Assembly (NCBI GenBank): GCA_964016885.1
Contig: OZ024750.1
Location: 36,084,001 to 36,148,000 of the forward strand
DNA from: Eledone cirrhosa
Lineage: Eukaryota
Length of the DNA stretch: 64,000 bases
Direction: 5' to 3'
Each line of letters opens with the position of its first letter. The first letter of the stretch is position 1. Below the pieces are notes generated by a model. It was not told where the DNA came from. It did not search any database and worked only from the letters and a program-made list of their open reading frames with translations. The translations under genes were made by a program, and so were the position numbers. Shown piece by piece: positions 15,001-27,240 of the stretch.

Positions 15001-18000
15001 GGATGTCCTTCTTATCACCAGCCACTTAACAGGGTGTACTGGGAACATGGGTTCTGCAGCTGGATGTCCTTCCTATCACTAACTACTTAACAGGGTGTAC
15101 TGGGAACATGGGTTCTGCAGCTGGATGTCCTTCCTATCACTAATTACTTAACAGGGTGTACTGGGAACATGGGTTCTGCAGCTGGATGTCCTTCTTATCA
15201 CCAGCCACTTAACAGGGTGTACTGGGAACATGGGTTCTGCAGCTGGATGTCCTTCTTATCACCAGCCACTTAACAGGGTGTACTGGGAACATGGGTTCTG
15301 CAGCTGGATGTCCTTCCTATCACTAACCATTTAACAGGGTGTACTGGGGACATGGGTTCTGCAGCTGGATGTCCTTCTTATCACCAGCCACTTAACAGGG
15401 TGTACTGGGAACATGGGTTCTGCAGCTGGATGTCCTTCCTATCACCAGCCACTTAACAGGGTGTACTGGGGACATGGGTTCTGCAGCTGGATGTCCTTCC
15501 TATCACTAACTACTTAACAGGGTATACTGGGAACATGGGTTCTGCAGCTGGATGTCCTTCCTATCACCAACCACTTAACAGGGTGTACTGGGGACATGGG
15601 TTCTGCAGCTGGATGTCCTTCTTATCACCAGCCACTTAACAGGGTGTACTGGGGACATGGGTTCTGCAGCTGGATGTCCTTCCTATCACCAACCACTTAA
15701 CAGGGTGTACTGGGGACATGGGTTCTGCAGCTGGATGTCCTTCTTATCACCAACCATTTAACAGGGTGTACTGGGAACATGGGTTCTGCAGCTGGATGTC
15801 CTTCTTATCACCAACCATTTAACAGGGTGTACTGGGAACATGGGTTCTGCAGCTGGATGTCCTTCCTATCACCAACCACTTAACAGGGTGTACTGGGAAC
15901 ATGGGTTCTGCAGCTGGATGTCCTTCCTATCACCAACCACTTAACAGGGTGTACTGGGAACATGGGTTCTGCAGCTGGATGTCCTTCCTATCACCAACCA
16001 TTTAACAGGGTGTACTGGGAACATGGGTTCTGCAGCTGGATGTCCTTCCTATCACCAACCACTTAACAGGGTGTACTGGGAACATGGGTTCTGCAGCTGG
16101 ATGTCCTTCTTATCACCAACCATTTAACAGGGTGTACTGGGAACATGGGTTCTGCAGCTGGATGTCCTTCCTATCACCAACCACTTAACAGGGTGTACTG
16201 GGAACATGGGTTCTGCAGCTGGATGTCCTTCCTATCACCAACCACTTAACAGGGTGTACTGGGGACATGGGTTCTGCAGCTGGATGTCCTTCTTATCACC
16301 AGCCACTTAACAGGGTGTACTGGGAACATGGGTTCTGCAGCTGGATGTCCTTCCTATCACCAACCACTTAACAGGGTGTACTGGGAACATGGGTTCTGCA
16401 GCTGGATGTCCTTCCTATCACCAACCACTTAACAGGGTGTACTGGGAACATGGGTTCTGCAGCTGGATGTCCTTCCTATCACCAACCACTTAACAGGGTG
16501 TACTGGGAACATGGGTTCTGCAGCTGGATGTCCTTCCTATCACCAACCACTTAACAGGGTGTACTGGGAACATGGGTTCTGCAGCTGGATGTCCTTCTTA
16601 TCACCAACCATTTAACAGGGTGTACTGGGAACATGGGTTCTGCAGCTGGATGTCCTTCCTATCACCAACCACTTAACAGGGTGTACTGGGAACATGGGTT
16701 CTGCAGCTGGATGTCCTTCCTATCACCAACCACTTAACAGGGTGTACTGGGAACATGGGTTCTGCAGCTGGATGTCCTTCCTATCACGAACCACTTAACA
16801 GGGTGTACTGGGAACATGGGTTCTGCAGCTGGATGTCCTTCCTATCACCAACCACTTAACAGGGTGTACTGGGAACATGGGTTCTGCAGCTGGATGTCCT
16901 TCCTATCACCAACCACTTAACAGGGTGTACTGGGGACATGGGTTCTGCAGCTGGATGTCCTTCTTATCACCAGCCACTTAACAGGGTGTACTGGGGACAT
17001 GGGTTCTGCAGCTGGATGTCCTTCCTATCACCAACCACTTAACAGGGTGTACTGGGAACATGGGTTCTGCAGCTGGATGTCCTTCCTATCACTAACTACT
17101 TAACAGGGTGTACTGGGAACATGGGTTCTGCAGCTGGATGTCCTTCTTATCACCAGCCACTTAACAGGTTGTACTGGGGACATGGGTTCTGCAGCTGGAT
17201 GTCCTTCTTATCACCAGCCACTTAACAGGGTGTACTGGGAACATGGGTTCTGCAGCTGGATGTCCTTCCTATCACCAGCCACTTAACAGGGTGTACTGGG
17301 AACATGGGTTCTGCAGCTGGATGTCCTTCCTATCACTAACTACTTAACAGGGTGTACTGGGGACATGGGTTCTGCAGCTGGATGTCCTTCTTATCACCAG
17401 CCACTTAACAGGGTGTACTGGGAACATGGGTTCTGCAGCTGGATGTCCTTCCTATCACCAGCCACTTAACAGGGTGTACTGGGAACATGGGTTCTGCAGC
17501 TGGATGTCCTTCCTATCACTAACTACTTAACAGGGTGTACTGGGAACATGGGTTCTGCAGCTGGATGTCCTTCTTATCACCAGCCACTTAACAGGGTGTA
17601 CTGGGAACATGGGTTCTGCAGCTGGATGTCCTTCCTATCACCAACCACTTAACAGGGTGTACTGGGAACATGGGTTCTGCAGCTGGATGTCCTTCCTATC
17701 ACCAACCACTTAACAGGGTGTACTGGGGACATGGGTTCTGCAGCTGGATGTCCTTCTTATCACCAGCCACTTAACAGGGTGTACTGGGGACATGGGTTCT
17801 GCAGCTGGATGTCCTTCCTATCACCAACCACTTAACAGGGTGTACTGGGAACATGGGTTCTGCAGCTGGATGTCCTTCCTATCACTAACTACTTAACAGG
17901 GTGTACTGGGAACATGGGTTCTGCAGCTGGATGTCCTTCTTATCACCAGCCACTTAACAGGGTGTACTGGGGACATGGGTTCTGCAGCTGGATGTCCTTC

Positions 18001-20092
18001 TTATCACCAGCCACTTAACAGGGTGTACTGGGAACATGGGTTCTGCAGCTGGATGTCCTTCCTATCACTAACTACTTAACAGGGTGTACTGGGAACATGG
18101 GTTCTGCAGCTGGATGTCCTTCTTATCACCAGCCACTTAACAGGGTGTACTGGGGACATGGGTTCTGCAGCTGGATGTCCTTCTTATCACCAGCCACTTA
18201 ACAGGGTGTACTGGGAACATGGGTTCTGCAGCTGGATGTCCTTCCTATCACCAGCCACTTAACAGGGTGTACTGGGAACATGGGTTCTGCAGCTGGATGT
18301 CCTTCCTATCACTAACTACTTAACAGGGTGTACTGGGAACATGGGTTCTGCAGCTGGATGTCCTTCTTATCACCAGCCACTTAACAGGGTGTACTGGGAA
18401 CATGGGTTCTGCAGCTGGATGTCCTTCCTATCACTAACTACTTAACAGGGTGTACTGGGAACATGGGTTCTGCAGCTGGATGTCCTTCTTATCACTAACT
18501 ACTTAACAGGGTGTACTGGGAACATGGGTTCTGCAGCTGGATGTCCTTCTTATCACTAACTACTTAACAGGGTGTACTGGGAACATGGGTTCTGCAGCTG
18601 GATGTCCTTCTTATCACTAACTACTTAACAGGGTGTACTGGGAACATGGGTTCTGCAGCTGGATGTCCTTCTTATCACCAGCCACTTAACAGGGTGTACT
18701 GGGAACATGGGTTCTGCAGCTGGATGTCCTTCCTATCACTAACTACTTAACAGGGTGTACTGGGGACATGGGTTCTGCAGCTGGATGTCCTTCTTATCAC
18801 CAACCACTTAACAGGGTGTACTGGGAACATGGGTTCTGCAGCTGGATGTCCTTCTTATCACCAACCACTTAACAGGGTGTACTGGGAACATGGGTTCTGC
18901 AGCTGGATGTCCTTCTTATCACCAACCACTTAACAGGCTGTACTGGGAACATGGGTTCTGCAGCTGGATGTCCTTCTTATCACCAACCACTTAACAGGGT
19001 GTACTGGGAACATGGGTTCTGCAGCTGGATTTCCTTCTTATCACCAACCACTTAACAGGGTGTACTGGGAACATGGGTTCTGCAGCTGGATGTCCTTCTT
19101 ATCACCAACCACTTAACAGGGTGTACTGGGGACATGGGTTCTGCAGCTGGATGTCCTTCCTATCACCAACCACTTAACAGGGTGTACTGGGGACATGGGT
19201 TCTGCAGCTGGATGTCCTTCCTATCACCAACCACTTAACAGGGTGTACTGGGAACATGGGTTCTGCAGCTGGATGTCCTTCCTATCACCAACCACTTAAC
19301 AGGGTGTACTGGGAACATGGGTTCTACAGCTGGATGTCCTTCATATCACCAACCACTTAACAGGGTGTACTGGGAACATGGGTTCTGCAGCTGGATGTCC
19401 TTCCTATCACCAACCACTTAACAGGGTGTACTGGGGACATGGGTTCTGCAGCTGGATGTCCTTCATATCACCAACCACTTAACAGGGTGTACTGGGAACA
19501 TGGGTTCTACAGCTGGATGTCCTTCCTATCACCAGCCACTTAACAGGGTGTACTGGGGACATGGGTTCTGCAGCTGGATGTCCTTCATATCACCAACCAC
19601 TTAACAGGGTGTACTGGGGACATGGGTTCTGCAGCTTGATGTCCTTCCTATCACCAACCATTTAACAGGGTGTACTGGGAACATGGGTTCTGCAGCTGGA
19701 TGTCCTTCCTATCACCAACCACTTAACAGGGTGTACTGTGAACATGGGTTCTGCAGCTGGATGTCCTTCATATCACCAACCACTTAACAGGGTGTACTGG
19801 GGACATGGGTTCTGCAGCTGGATGTCCTTCCTATCACCAGCCACTTAACAGGGTGTACTGGGGACATGGGTTCTGCAGCTGGATGTCCTTCCTATCACCA
19901 ACCACTTAACAGGGTGTACTGGGAACATGGGTTCTGCAGCTGGATGTCCTTCCTATCACCAACCACTTAACAGGGTGTACTGGGGACATGGGTTCTGCAG
20001 CTGGATGTCCTCCCTATCACCAACCACTTAACAGGGTGTACTGGGAACATGGGTTCTGCAGCTGGATGTCCTCCCTATCACCAACCACTTAA
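1..20092. repeat. 61-bp tandem satellite, about 329 monomers, continues past the window start
   Basis: Monomer ccttcctatcaccagccacttaacagggtgtactgggaacatgggttctgcagctggatgt; phase preserved exactly at 1, 3661, 7321, 10981, 14641, 18301 (steps of 60x61). Confidence 0.99.
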
Positions 20093-20230
20093 TGTATGTG
20101 TATATATTTATATATATATATATATATGTGTATGTGTGTATGTATGTGTGTGTATATATATATATATATATGTGTGTGTATGTATGTGTATATATATATA
20201 TATATATATATACATGTGTGTGTGTGTATG

Positions 20231-20276
<46 letters not shown>

Positions 20277-20335
20277 CGTGTGTGTGTGTGTGTATGTATA
20301 TATATATATATATATATATACATGTGTGTGTGTAT

Positions 20336-20381
<46 letters not shown>

Positions 20382-20497
20382 GTGTGTGTGTGTGTGTATA
20401 TATATACATCTGTGTGTATATATATATATACATGTGTGTGTACGTATGTGTGTGTATATATATATATATATATATAAATGTGTGTGTGTGTGTGTGT
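20093..20497. repeat. Compound (TA)n/(TG)n microsatellite abutting the satellite end
   Basis: Alternating TA and TG/TATG tracts; source of the YI/CV pseudo-ORFs. Confidence 0.95.
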
Positions 20498-20953
20498 CAA
20501 AGGGTAAAGGAGCTCTTAAGAGTCAATGGCCATCCAAAATCACCGGGAGAGATGACCCCTTAGCCTTTGTCAAGGCAGAATTCTAGGAGAAGGAAAAATC
20601 TGATATAGCACCTGCAACCCTGATGGTATCCAATGATGTTGACTTGTTCTCCTTTTTGGTAAATATCATCTTAGTTAAGAGAGTGGGACTGGCTTTGTGC
20701 AGTGCCTTTGCTCACTATAAAAGCTTCACGGCACAGGCATTGCTTTATATCTGGAGATCTCTCTGCACTTGTCGTCACATGGTACCATGGGCCCAGCACT
20801 ATGTGTCAATAATTGTCACAAGTGTAGTGTTTGTACCAGAGTTTTCAAGTCGCTGGCTGGACTAAAAAGTCACACTCGTTCAGCGCATCGGTAGGGGTTC
20901 TCCTACATGGATATAAAGTAGTGGCCGTACTCGAAAACGAGTTGGCAGCCACC

Positions 20954-21000
20954 ATGTATGTATGTATGTATGTATGTATGTATGTATGTATGTGTGTATA

Positions 21001-21047
<47 letters not shown>

Positions 21048-21052
21048 ATGTA

Positions 21053-21139
<87 letters not shown>
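20954..21139. repeat. (TATG)n/(TA)n/(TG)n microsatellite
   Basis: Read directly. Confidence 0.95.
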
Positions 21140-21419
21140 AGCATGGTAGAGTTAACATTGTAAACTGTAAAAACAATGTCTATATTATTTATGTTACTTT
21201 AAACTGCAATAATTCCAATAGTAACATCTGGTTAAAAATAGTAGTAACTGAGAATACATGAGTGAAGCTGTGAATGTTTCCAGGACCTAGATTTCTCTAA
21301 CCTCATTTCTGACTGTCTGCTAACAGTCAGCTTTTTATACATCATATAATATAACTACTTTAACTTGTAGGAAGAATGAAACAATTCATGTACCATTCGT
21401 TTCCTCTTCTAATTGAAAT

Positions 21420-22152
<733 letters not shown>

Positions 22153-22191
22153 TTTCGCTCTACATGACTGAATACAATAAATGTAATCAGA

Positions 22192-22560
22192 GTTTTTCTG
22201 CTAGTATTAATAATTGTTTCTACTTTTGGCACAAGGCCATCAATTACCCAGTGCATTACTGGTACTTTATTTTATCGACCCCATAAGGATGAAAGGCAAA
22301 GTTAACCTCAGCGGTATTGAACTCAGAATGGCAAAGGCCGTAACTCTATGCTTCAAAGCATGGCGTCCGACCCTCTACCGATACTGCCAATCCAAACATT
22401 CAATTTGTTTGCAATTATGCAAAAAACCCTCATGCAATTATGCAAACAAGCCCATGTCAGTAGAATGAAAAACTTCATTCTACTGACATGGCTTTAAAAA
22501 TGAGGCTTGTTTGCATAATTGCAAACGAATCGAATGTTGTTATTAATACAAGCAGAAGAA
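22192..22560. repeat. Fold-back inverted repeat (~85-bp arms) with a SINE in the left arm
   Basis: Centre catgtcagtagaatgaa-aaac-ttcattctactgacatg; arms extend to ttctgctagtattaataa / ttattaatacaagcagaa once the SINE is removed. Confidence 0.8.
22213..22393 (-). mobile_element. SINE family A (tRNA-like head plus Nin/Ceph-like domain)
   Basis: Reverse complement of the 24762 copy; A-box-like tggcagtatcgg, B-box-like gagttcaa, gcctttcatccttatggggtcgataaaataaagtaccag. Confidence 0.85.
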
Positions 22561-22590
22561 CCACGCGTAGGGCGGTTTTCTGCTAGTATG

Positions 22591-22926
22591 TCATCATCAT
22601 CATCATTTCATTTTACGTCCGCTTTTCCCTGCTTGCAAGGGTGGGACGGTAACTGATTCTGGCTTGATTTCTACAGCTGGATGCCCTTCCTAACACCAAC
22701 CTCATTTACAGTGAGTGCTGGGTGCTTTTTTGCCGTGGCACCTCCACGACCACTTTGCAGTGGAATGATAGGGACCCCAGTCCCTATCATCTCATTTCTA
22801 CAGCTGAGTAAACTGGAACAATGTGAAATAAAGTGTCTTGCTCAAGGAAACAACACATCACCCGGTCTGAGAATTGAACTCACAACCTTTCGATTCAAGG
22901 CCAATGCTCTAACCACTAAGCCATGT
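22591..22926 (-). mobile_element. SINE family B (tRNA head, CORE-like domain, hairpin, ggaagggcatccagc domain, RTE-type tail, (ATG)n)
   Basis: Near-identical to copies at 39947 and 61891; minus-strand head tggcttagtggttagagc...gagttcaattc. Confidence 0.9.
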
Positions 22927-23149
22927 GTAGTGTGCATATTGGTATTATACGCCAATATATATGCATATAGATATATCATTATCGTCATCATCGTCATCAT
23001 CATCATCGTCTTCGTTTAACGTCCATTTTCCACGCTAGCATGTGTTAGACGGGAGTTGTCCCACTTGAGGCAAGGTTGGTCAGGTGACCATGTCTCGCTC
23101 ATATAGGACTATATAAATTGAAAAGTAAATTGACAATATCTTCTTCAAC

Positions 23150-23830
23150 CACTTATTTCTGATAGGGTCATGTGGGCAGAGCTCTTCTCAACACTCCTTC
23201 CAGCGAGTCTGTCAGTAGCAAACATCTCTAACTGATCCAGCTGGATCCAAAAGCATGACCAGCCAAGCTCATGGATGTTATCCAACTATCTTGCTCAGAG
23301 TCTACCTCTGGGTCTCTTGCCGGTTGGTTTGGGCCTGTAAAATGTGTCCAGCGATTCTTTACTGAGACATTCTAACCAGATGCTCATAGTATCGGAGTTG
23401 TGATCTCTCAATTCGGAGAAGTGGCAGCTCTATCAGGAGTGACTCTCTGGTCTCTGAGCTATGCACTTTATTGAGTAATGTTACTCCAAAGACCCTTCGG
23501 ATGAATCCCATTTCTGCCACTTTTATTTGCAATTGTATACTTTTGGTCATTACTCAAGATTCATGATCCTCGGTAAGAGTTGGCAGGAATACCAGGAAGA
23601 CAGCAAGTTTGGCTTTTACACCTACCCCCTTCTTCTGATTGCTGAATGCTAAGGCTGGTGCATTATTGCATCAGCTTTCGCAATTCGCAGCTGAACGGAA
23701 CAAAATCCTAAAATACCATGTTCTGTCAGGGAACTACATTATCCAGCCTGTGGCGTTCGAGTCGTTTGGGGGGGAGTCGTGCTACTGACAGTGAGATGTC
23801 ATTTATCTTAACTATCCAGGACAACTTACA
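23150..23830 (-). mobile_element. Decayed RTE-clade LINE, 3' part (Expander/Rex3-like)
   Basis: ORF 23359-23550 AEMGFIRRVFGVTLLNKVHSSETRESL..PLLRIERSQLRYYEHLVRM, followed by RPRGR motif. Confidence 0.75.
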
Positions 23831-24048
23831 ATGGGAGAACATGCTTTTCATCAGAGGGATTTTTCTTCTAATAAGAAAAAAAGATTTTGACCTAGCGGCA
23901 ATATGTGCTTTCCCCTATGAAAAAGCAACACACGCAGTGGCCAGAATGATAAAGGAACAGGCGGAAGGGTGACGGGTTTGAAAGAATGCTAAAAATAGCT
24001 CACCAACTAGTCTGTCAGTTTTACTCAACCACAAGGGAGTATAAAATA

Positions 24049-24236
24049 ATTGTTTCTACTTTTGGCACAAGGCCAGCAATTACCTAGTGTATTACTGGTA
24101 CTTTATTTTATTGACCCCGTAAGGATGAAAGGCAAAGTTAACCTCGGCAGGATTTGAAGTCAGAATGGAAAGGGCCATAACTCTTTGCATCAAAGCATGG
24201 CGTCCGACTCTCTACCAATACTGCCAATCCACTGCC
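24049..24236 (-). mobile_element. SINE family A
   Basis: Full-length similarity to the other family A copies. Confidence 0.85.
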
Positions 24237-24645
24237 TAAAATAATGAGATATATAATGTTTAAATGAAGCAGTGTTGTCTAAATGAATACTTCAGAGTAT
24301 TATATATTCATAAGGTGGGAGACGTTAACAAAATAAATTTTACTGTATTGAGGCCTGGAGGAGGATGGGTTCTGCCATGTTTTAAAAATTCCCTAGAAGT
24401 GCTGTATTCAATAAAGCACCCCTCCAACTCCTTCTGTACGATACATACATATAAATTAAAGCTTCGGAACAGTATCTACACAATTATTATTTTCATCTAC
24501 TCTTATAGTTCTTCATTTCCTGATGTAGCCCATATTTACTGCTGTTTACTGATAACAAAATATATTCAGAGACAAATAAATGATGATCATGCTAGAATTT
24601 CTTTACTGCAATTTCAAAGCATAAGACTGATGTCAATTATCTTAA

Positions 24646-25060
24646 CCCTTTAGCATTTACATTACTCTATATATACTATTGTATTTTTATGGTAAACATT
24701 TTATTTCACATAATTATCTCTCATAATATCGTATCTATGATATTTTGATATTATTTATTTTCGGTGGATTGGCAGTATCAGTAGAGGGTCGGACGCCATG
24801 CTTTCCAGCATAGTTACGTCCCTTTACAATCTGAGTTCAAATCCCGCCGAGGTTGACTTTGCCTTTCATCCTTACGGGGTCGATAAAATAAAGTACCAGT
24901 AATGCACTGGGTAATTGCTGGCCTTGTGGCTAAAGTAGAAACAATTATTTATTTTGAGAACAATACCTAAACATCATTATGAGCAGTCAGTTATGACTGG
25001 TTTGAACAGAAAGAGGTGAGAGAAATCTGGCCAGATACAGCCAGTTTAGATGCTAAAGGA
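24646..25060. mobile_element. piggyBac-type MITE containing a SINE
   Basis: TTAA at 24642-24645 and 25061-25064; termini ccctttagcattta / tagatgctaaagga; paralogues at 46123, 52970, 57132. Confidence 0.85.
24762..24943 (+). mobile_element. SINE family A with a 12-bp target-site duplication
   Basis: attatttatttt at 24750-24761 and 24944-24955; present once in the empty MITE copies. Confidence 0.9.
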
Positions 25061-25231
25061 TTAACTAACCAAAATGATTAACATTGCAGGCGTTGAAACG
25101 TGGGTGTAAAATGATGATATAAGTGTCTCTGTGTGTTTGTTTGTGTTTGTTTGTGTGTGTATGTTTGTGTGTGTTTGCTTAGAGTTTGTCTAATATTCAT
25201 AGAATTGGCAAACTTTTATATATATACACAC

Positions 25232-25665
25232 CCTAACAATAGACTACCAGTATTAGACACTGAACTCTGGTTAAACACCATAAATGAGAGGGCCCAAATT
25301 CTCCACTCACACTATGCTAAACTCATGGCCTCCAAATACCTCATACTCAAATACTCAGCAATGTCCAATAGTGCTAAGTTTAATATTCTGATCGCAGACT
25401 TGGTAAGAGTGATGAAGAATGTGTCCCGCATGTGTGATCCAACTGAATTAGAAAGACACATCCAATACTTCATTAATCGCATGCAGCTCTCTGGCTACAA
25501 CCAAAGAGACAGAATCAGAGTATACAAAGGAGCCACAAAGAAAAATACGACCCTCATAGAAATGGACATGAAAGGAATTTGCCCATTGCACAGGAGCAAA
25601 TCATGGAATAGCTTAGATAGGACTAAACATAAGATAAGGAAAGCCACTTCATGGTATGACAACTA
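25232..25665 (+). mobile_element. Penelope-like element, RT C-terminus/thumb fragment
   Basis: NNRLPVLDTELW..HSHYAKLMASKYLI..SAMS..K.NILIADLVRVMKNVS..MQLSGY resembles PLE RT7/thumb; matching GIY-YIG lies downstream on the same strand. Confidence 0.75.
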
Positions 25666-26958
25666 GAGATACTTATATTGTCTATATGCTTGAGCTTTGG
25701 CTTGTACCCATGGGAAGTCGGGTTTCTGTATTACTGTGTGACGCCAGGGATCACGGTCGTGTGTCATCGCCTTTGAGAGGTGCAATTGGGTAAGGTCAGC
25801 TTTTATCACCTCATCCCAGGTCTTCTTGGGTCTACCCACTCTGCAGCTTCCATTGACTTCGAGTGCTCTGCACCTTTTTATGCAGCTGTCATCCTTCATA
25901 CGCATCACATGTCCATACCAACGCAACTGCCTCTCCTGCACACAGCATTTGATTCCTCTTATGCTCAGTCTCTCTCTCAATTCGTTTATGCTTTGCCGTT
26001 CATGTATATTACTATTACACATGCATCGGAGGATGCAAGCTTCGTTTCTTTCTAATTTATGCAAGTCTTCCACAGACAACGCCCAGGTCTCACTACCATG
26101 TAACATTGCTGTTCGTATACACACATCATACAGTCTGCCTTTCATTTTGAGGGTCAAGCCTTTTGCAGCTAGCAGTGGTAGTAGCTCCCTGAACTTTTTC
26201 CATCTTGTTCTTACCCTGGTTACTGTACTTTCTGAACACCCACCTCCACTGTTAATTCGGTCACCTAGGTAGCAAAAGCTGTCTACTGTTTCTACAGAGC
26301 CCTCCCAGAGTTTGGTGGTGCTTGTTTCCTGTCACCGTTTCCTGCTTACTGTCCCGGCGCAGCTGCTACATGTAAAGCCTACATTCCTAACTAAGCTTCC
26401 TGAGATTCCACTACATCTCTTGTGTACCCATTGTTTGCTTTTGGGGAAGAGGATGGAGTTCCTACCTACACCATTCCTACATACTGAGCAAGGCCGTTTC
26501 CCTGAGGGGATCTAAGTCCTGTTTTCTCGTCTACTTATGAGGACCTTAGTCTTTGTCAGGTTGACTTTGAGACCCTTTCTTTCTAGTCCCTGCTTCCATG
26601 TTTGGAATTTCTTCTCTAGTTCCACCATAGATTCAGCTATATGTGTGAGATCATCCACATATAGGAGTTCCCATGGGCATCCGGTTTTAACCTCCTCTGT
26701 TATTGCCTGCAATACTATAATGAACAGGACAGCGCTAAGAACAGTGCTCTGGTGGACACCAAGCTGTATGCTAAATTCCTCGCTATAGCCATTGCTAACC
26801 ATAATTTTGCTGACTGCTCCCCTATACATGGCTTGTACAGCTTTCACAAGCCATTCATCTACTCCTAGTTTTCTAAGAGCCCCCCAGATTATAGCACGGG
26901 GCACTCTGTCGAAGGCTTTTACCAGATCGACAAATGCCAGGTAGAGCGGTTTACTTTT
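25666..26958 (-). mobile_element. 5'-truncated RTE (BovB-like) LINE ORF2 pseudogene nested in the PLE
   Basis: FVDLVKAFDRVP, GVHQ..LS..LFII, LLYVDD, KTKV, FCYLGD, HGSETW, LRWYGHV, GRPKKTW, DRDPWR; in-frame stops. Confidence 0.93.
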
Positions 26959-26959
26959 T

Positions 26960-27240
26960 TGTGTTATATGTAGAATAAATCCACAAATAAATTGTAAAAC
27001 TAGAAATGTAGACTATAGCATAAGATGTACAGTGGGTACTTGCAGAAACATGGCAACGACATACATAGGTGAGACAGCTCGAAGCATAGGAGAGAGAATA
27101 GACCAACACTGGGGGGAACTAAAAGGACAAAAAGATGGTTCGGTACTATATGAACAATCCAGACAAAGATATGATGGTAATATAGACAACATAGAAATGA
27201 CTCAACAGGTAGGCAAATCAGAGAAGCAACTGAGATAGAA
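26960..27240 (+). mobile_element. Penelope-like element GIY-YIG endonuclease fragment
   Basis: Frame extended upstream reads CVICRINPQINCKTRNVDYSIRCTVGTCRNMATTYIGETARSIGERIDQH. Confidence 0.85.

Noticed and set aside
1-20092. CRISPR array or ribozyme-bearing (retrozyme-like) satellite
   Set aside because: No unique spacers or cas genes, eukaryotic context, and no CUGANGA/GAAA core in the monomer on either strand
20500-20952. GC-balanced segment between microsatellites as a coding exon
   Set aside because: No identifiable protein motif; more likely an unclassified interspersed repeat that cannot be assigned from this window
22681-23019. Recurrent ORF family (also 40077, 49514, 61985) resembling paralogous genes
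   Set aside because: Antisense translations of SINE B copies
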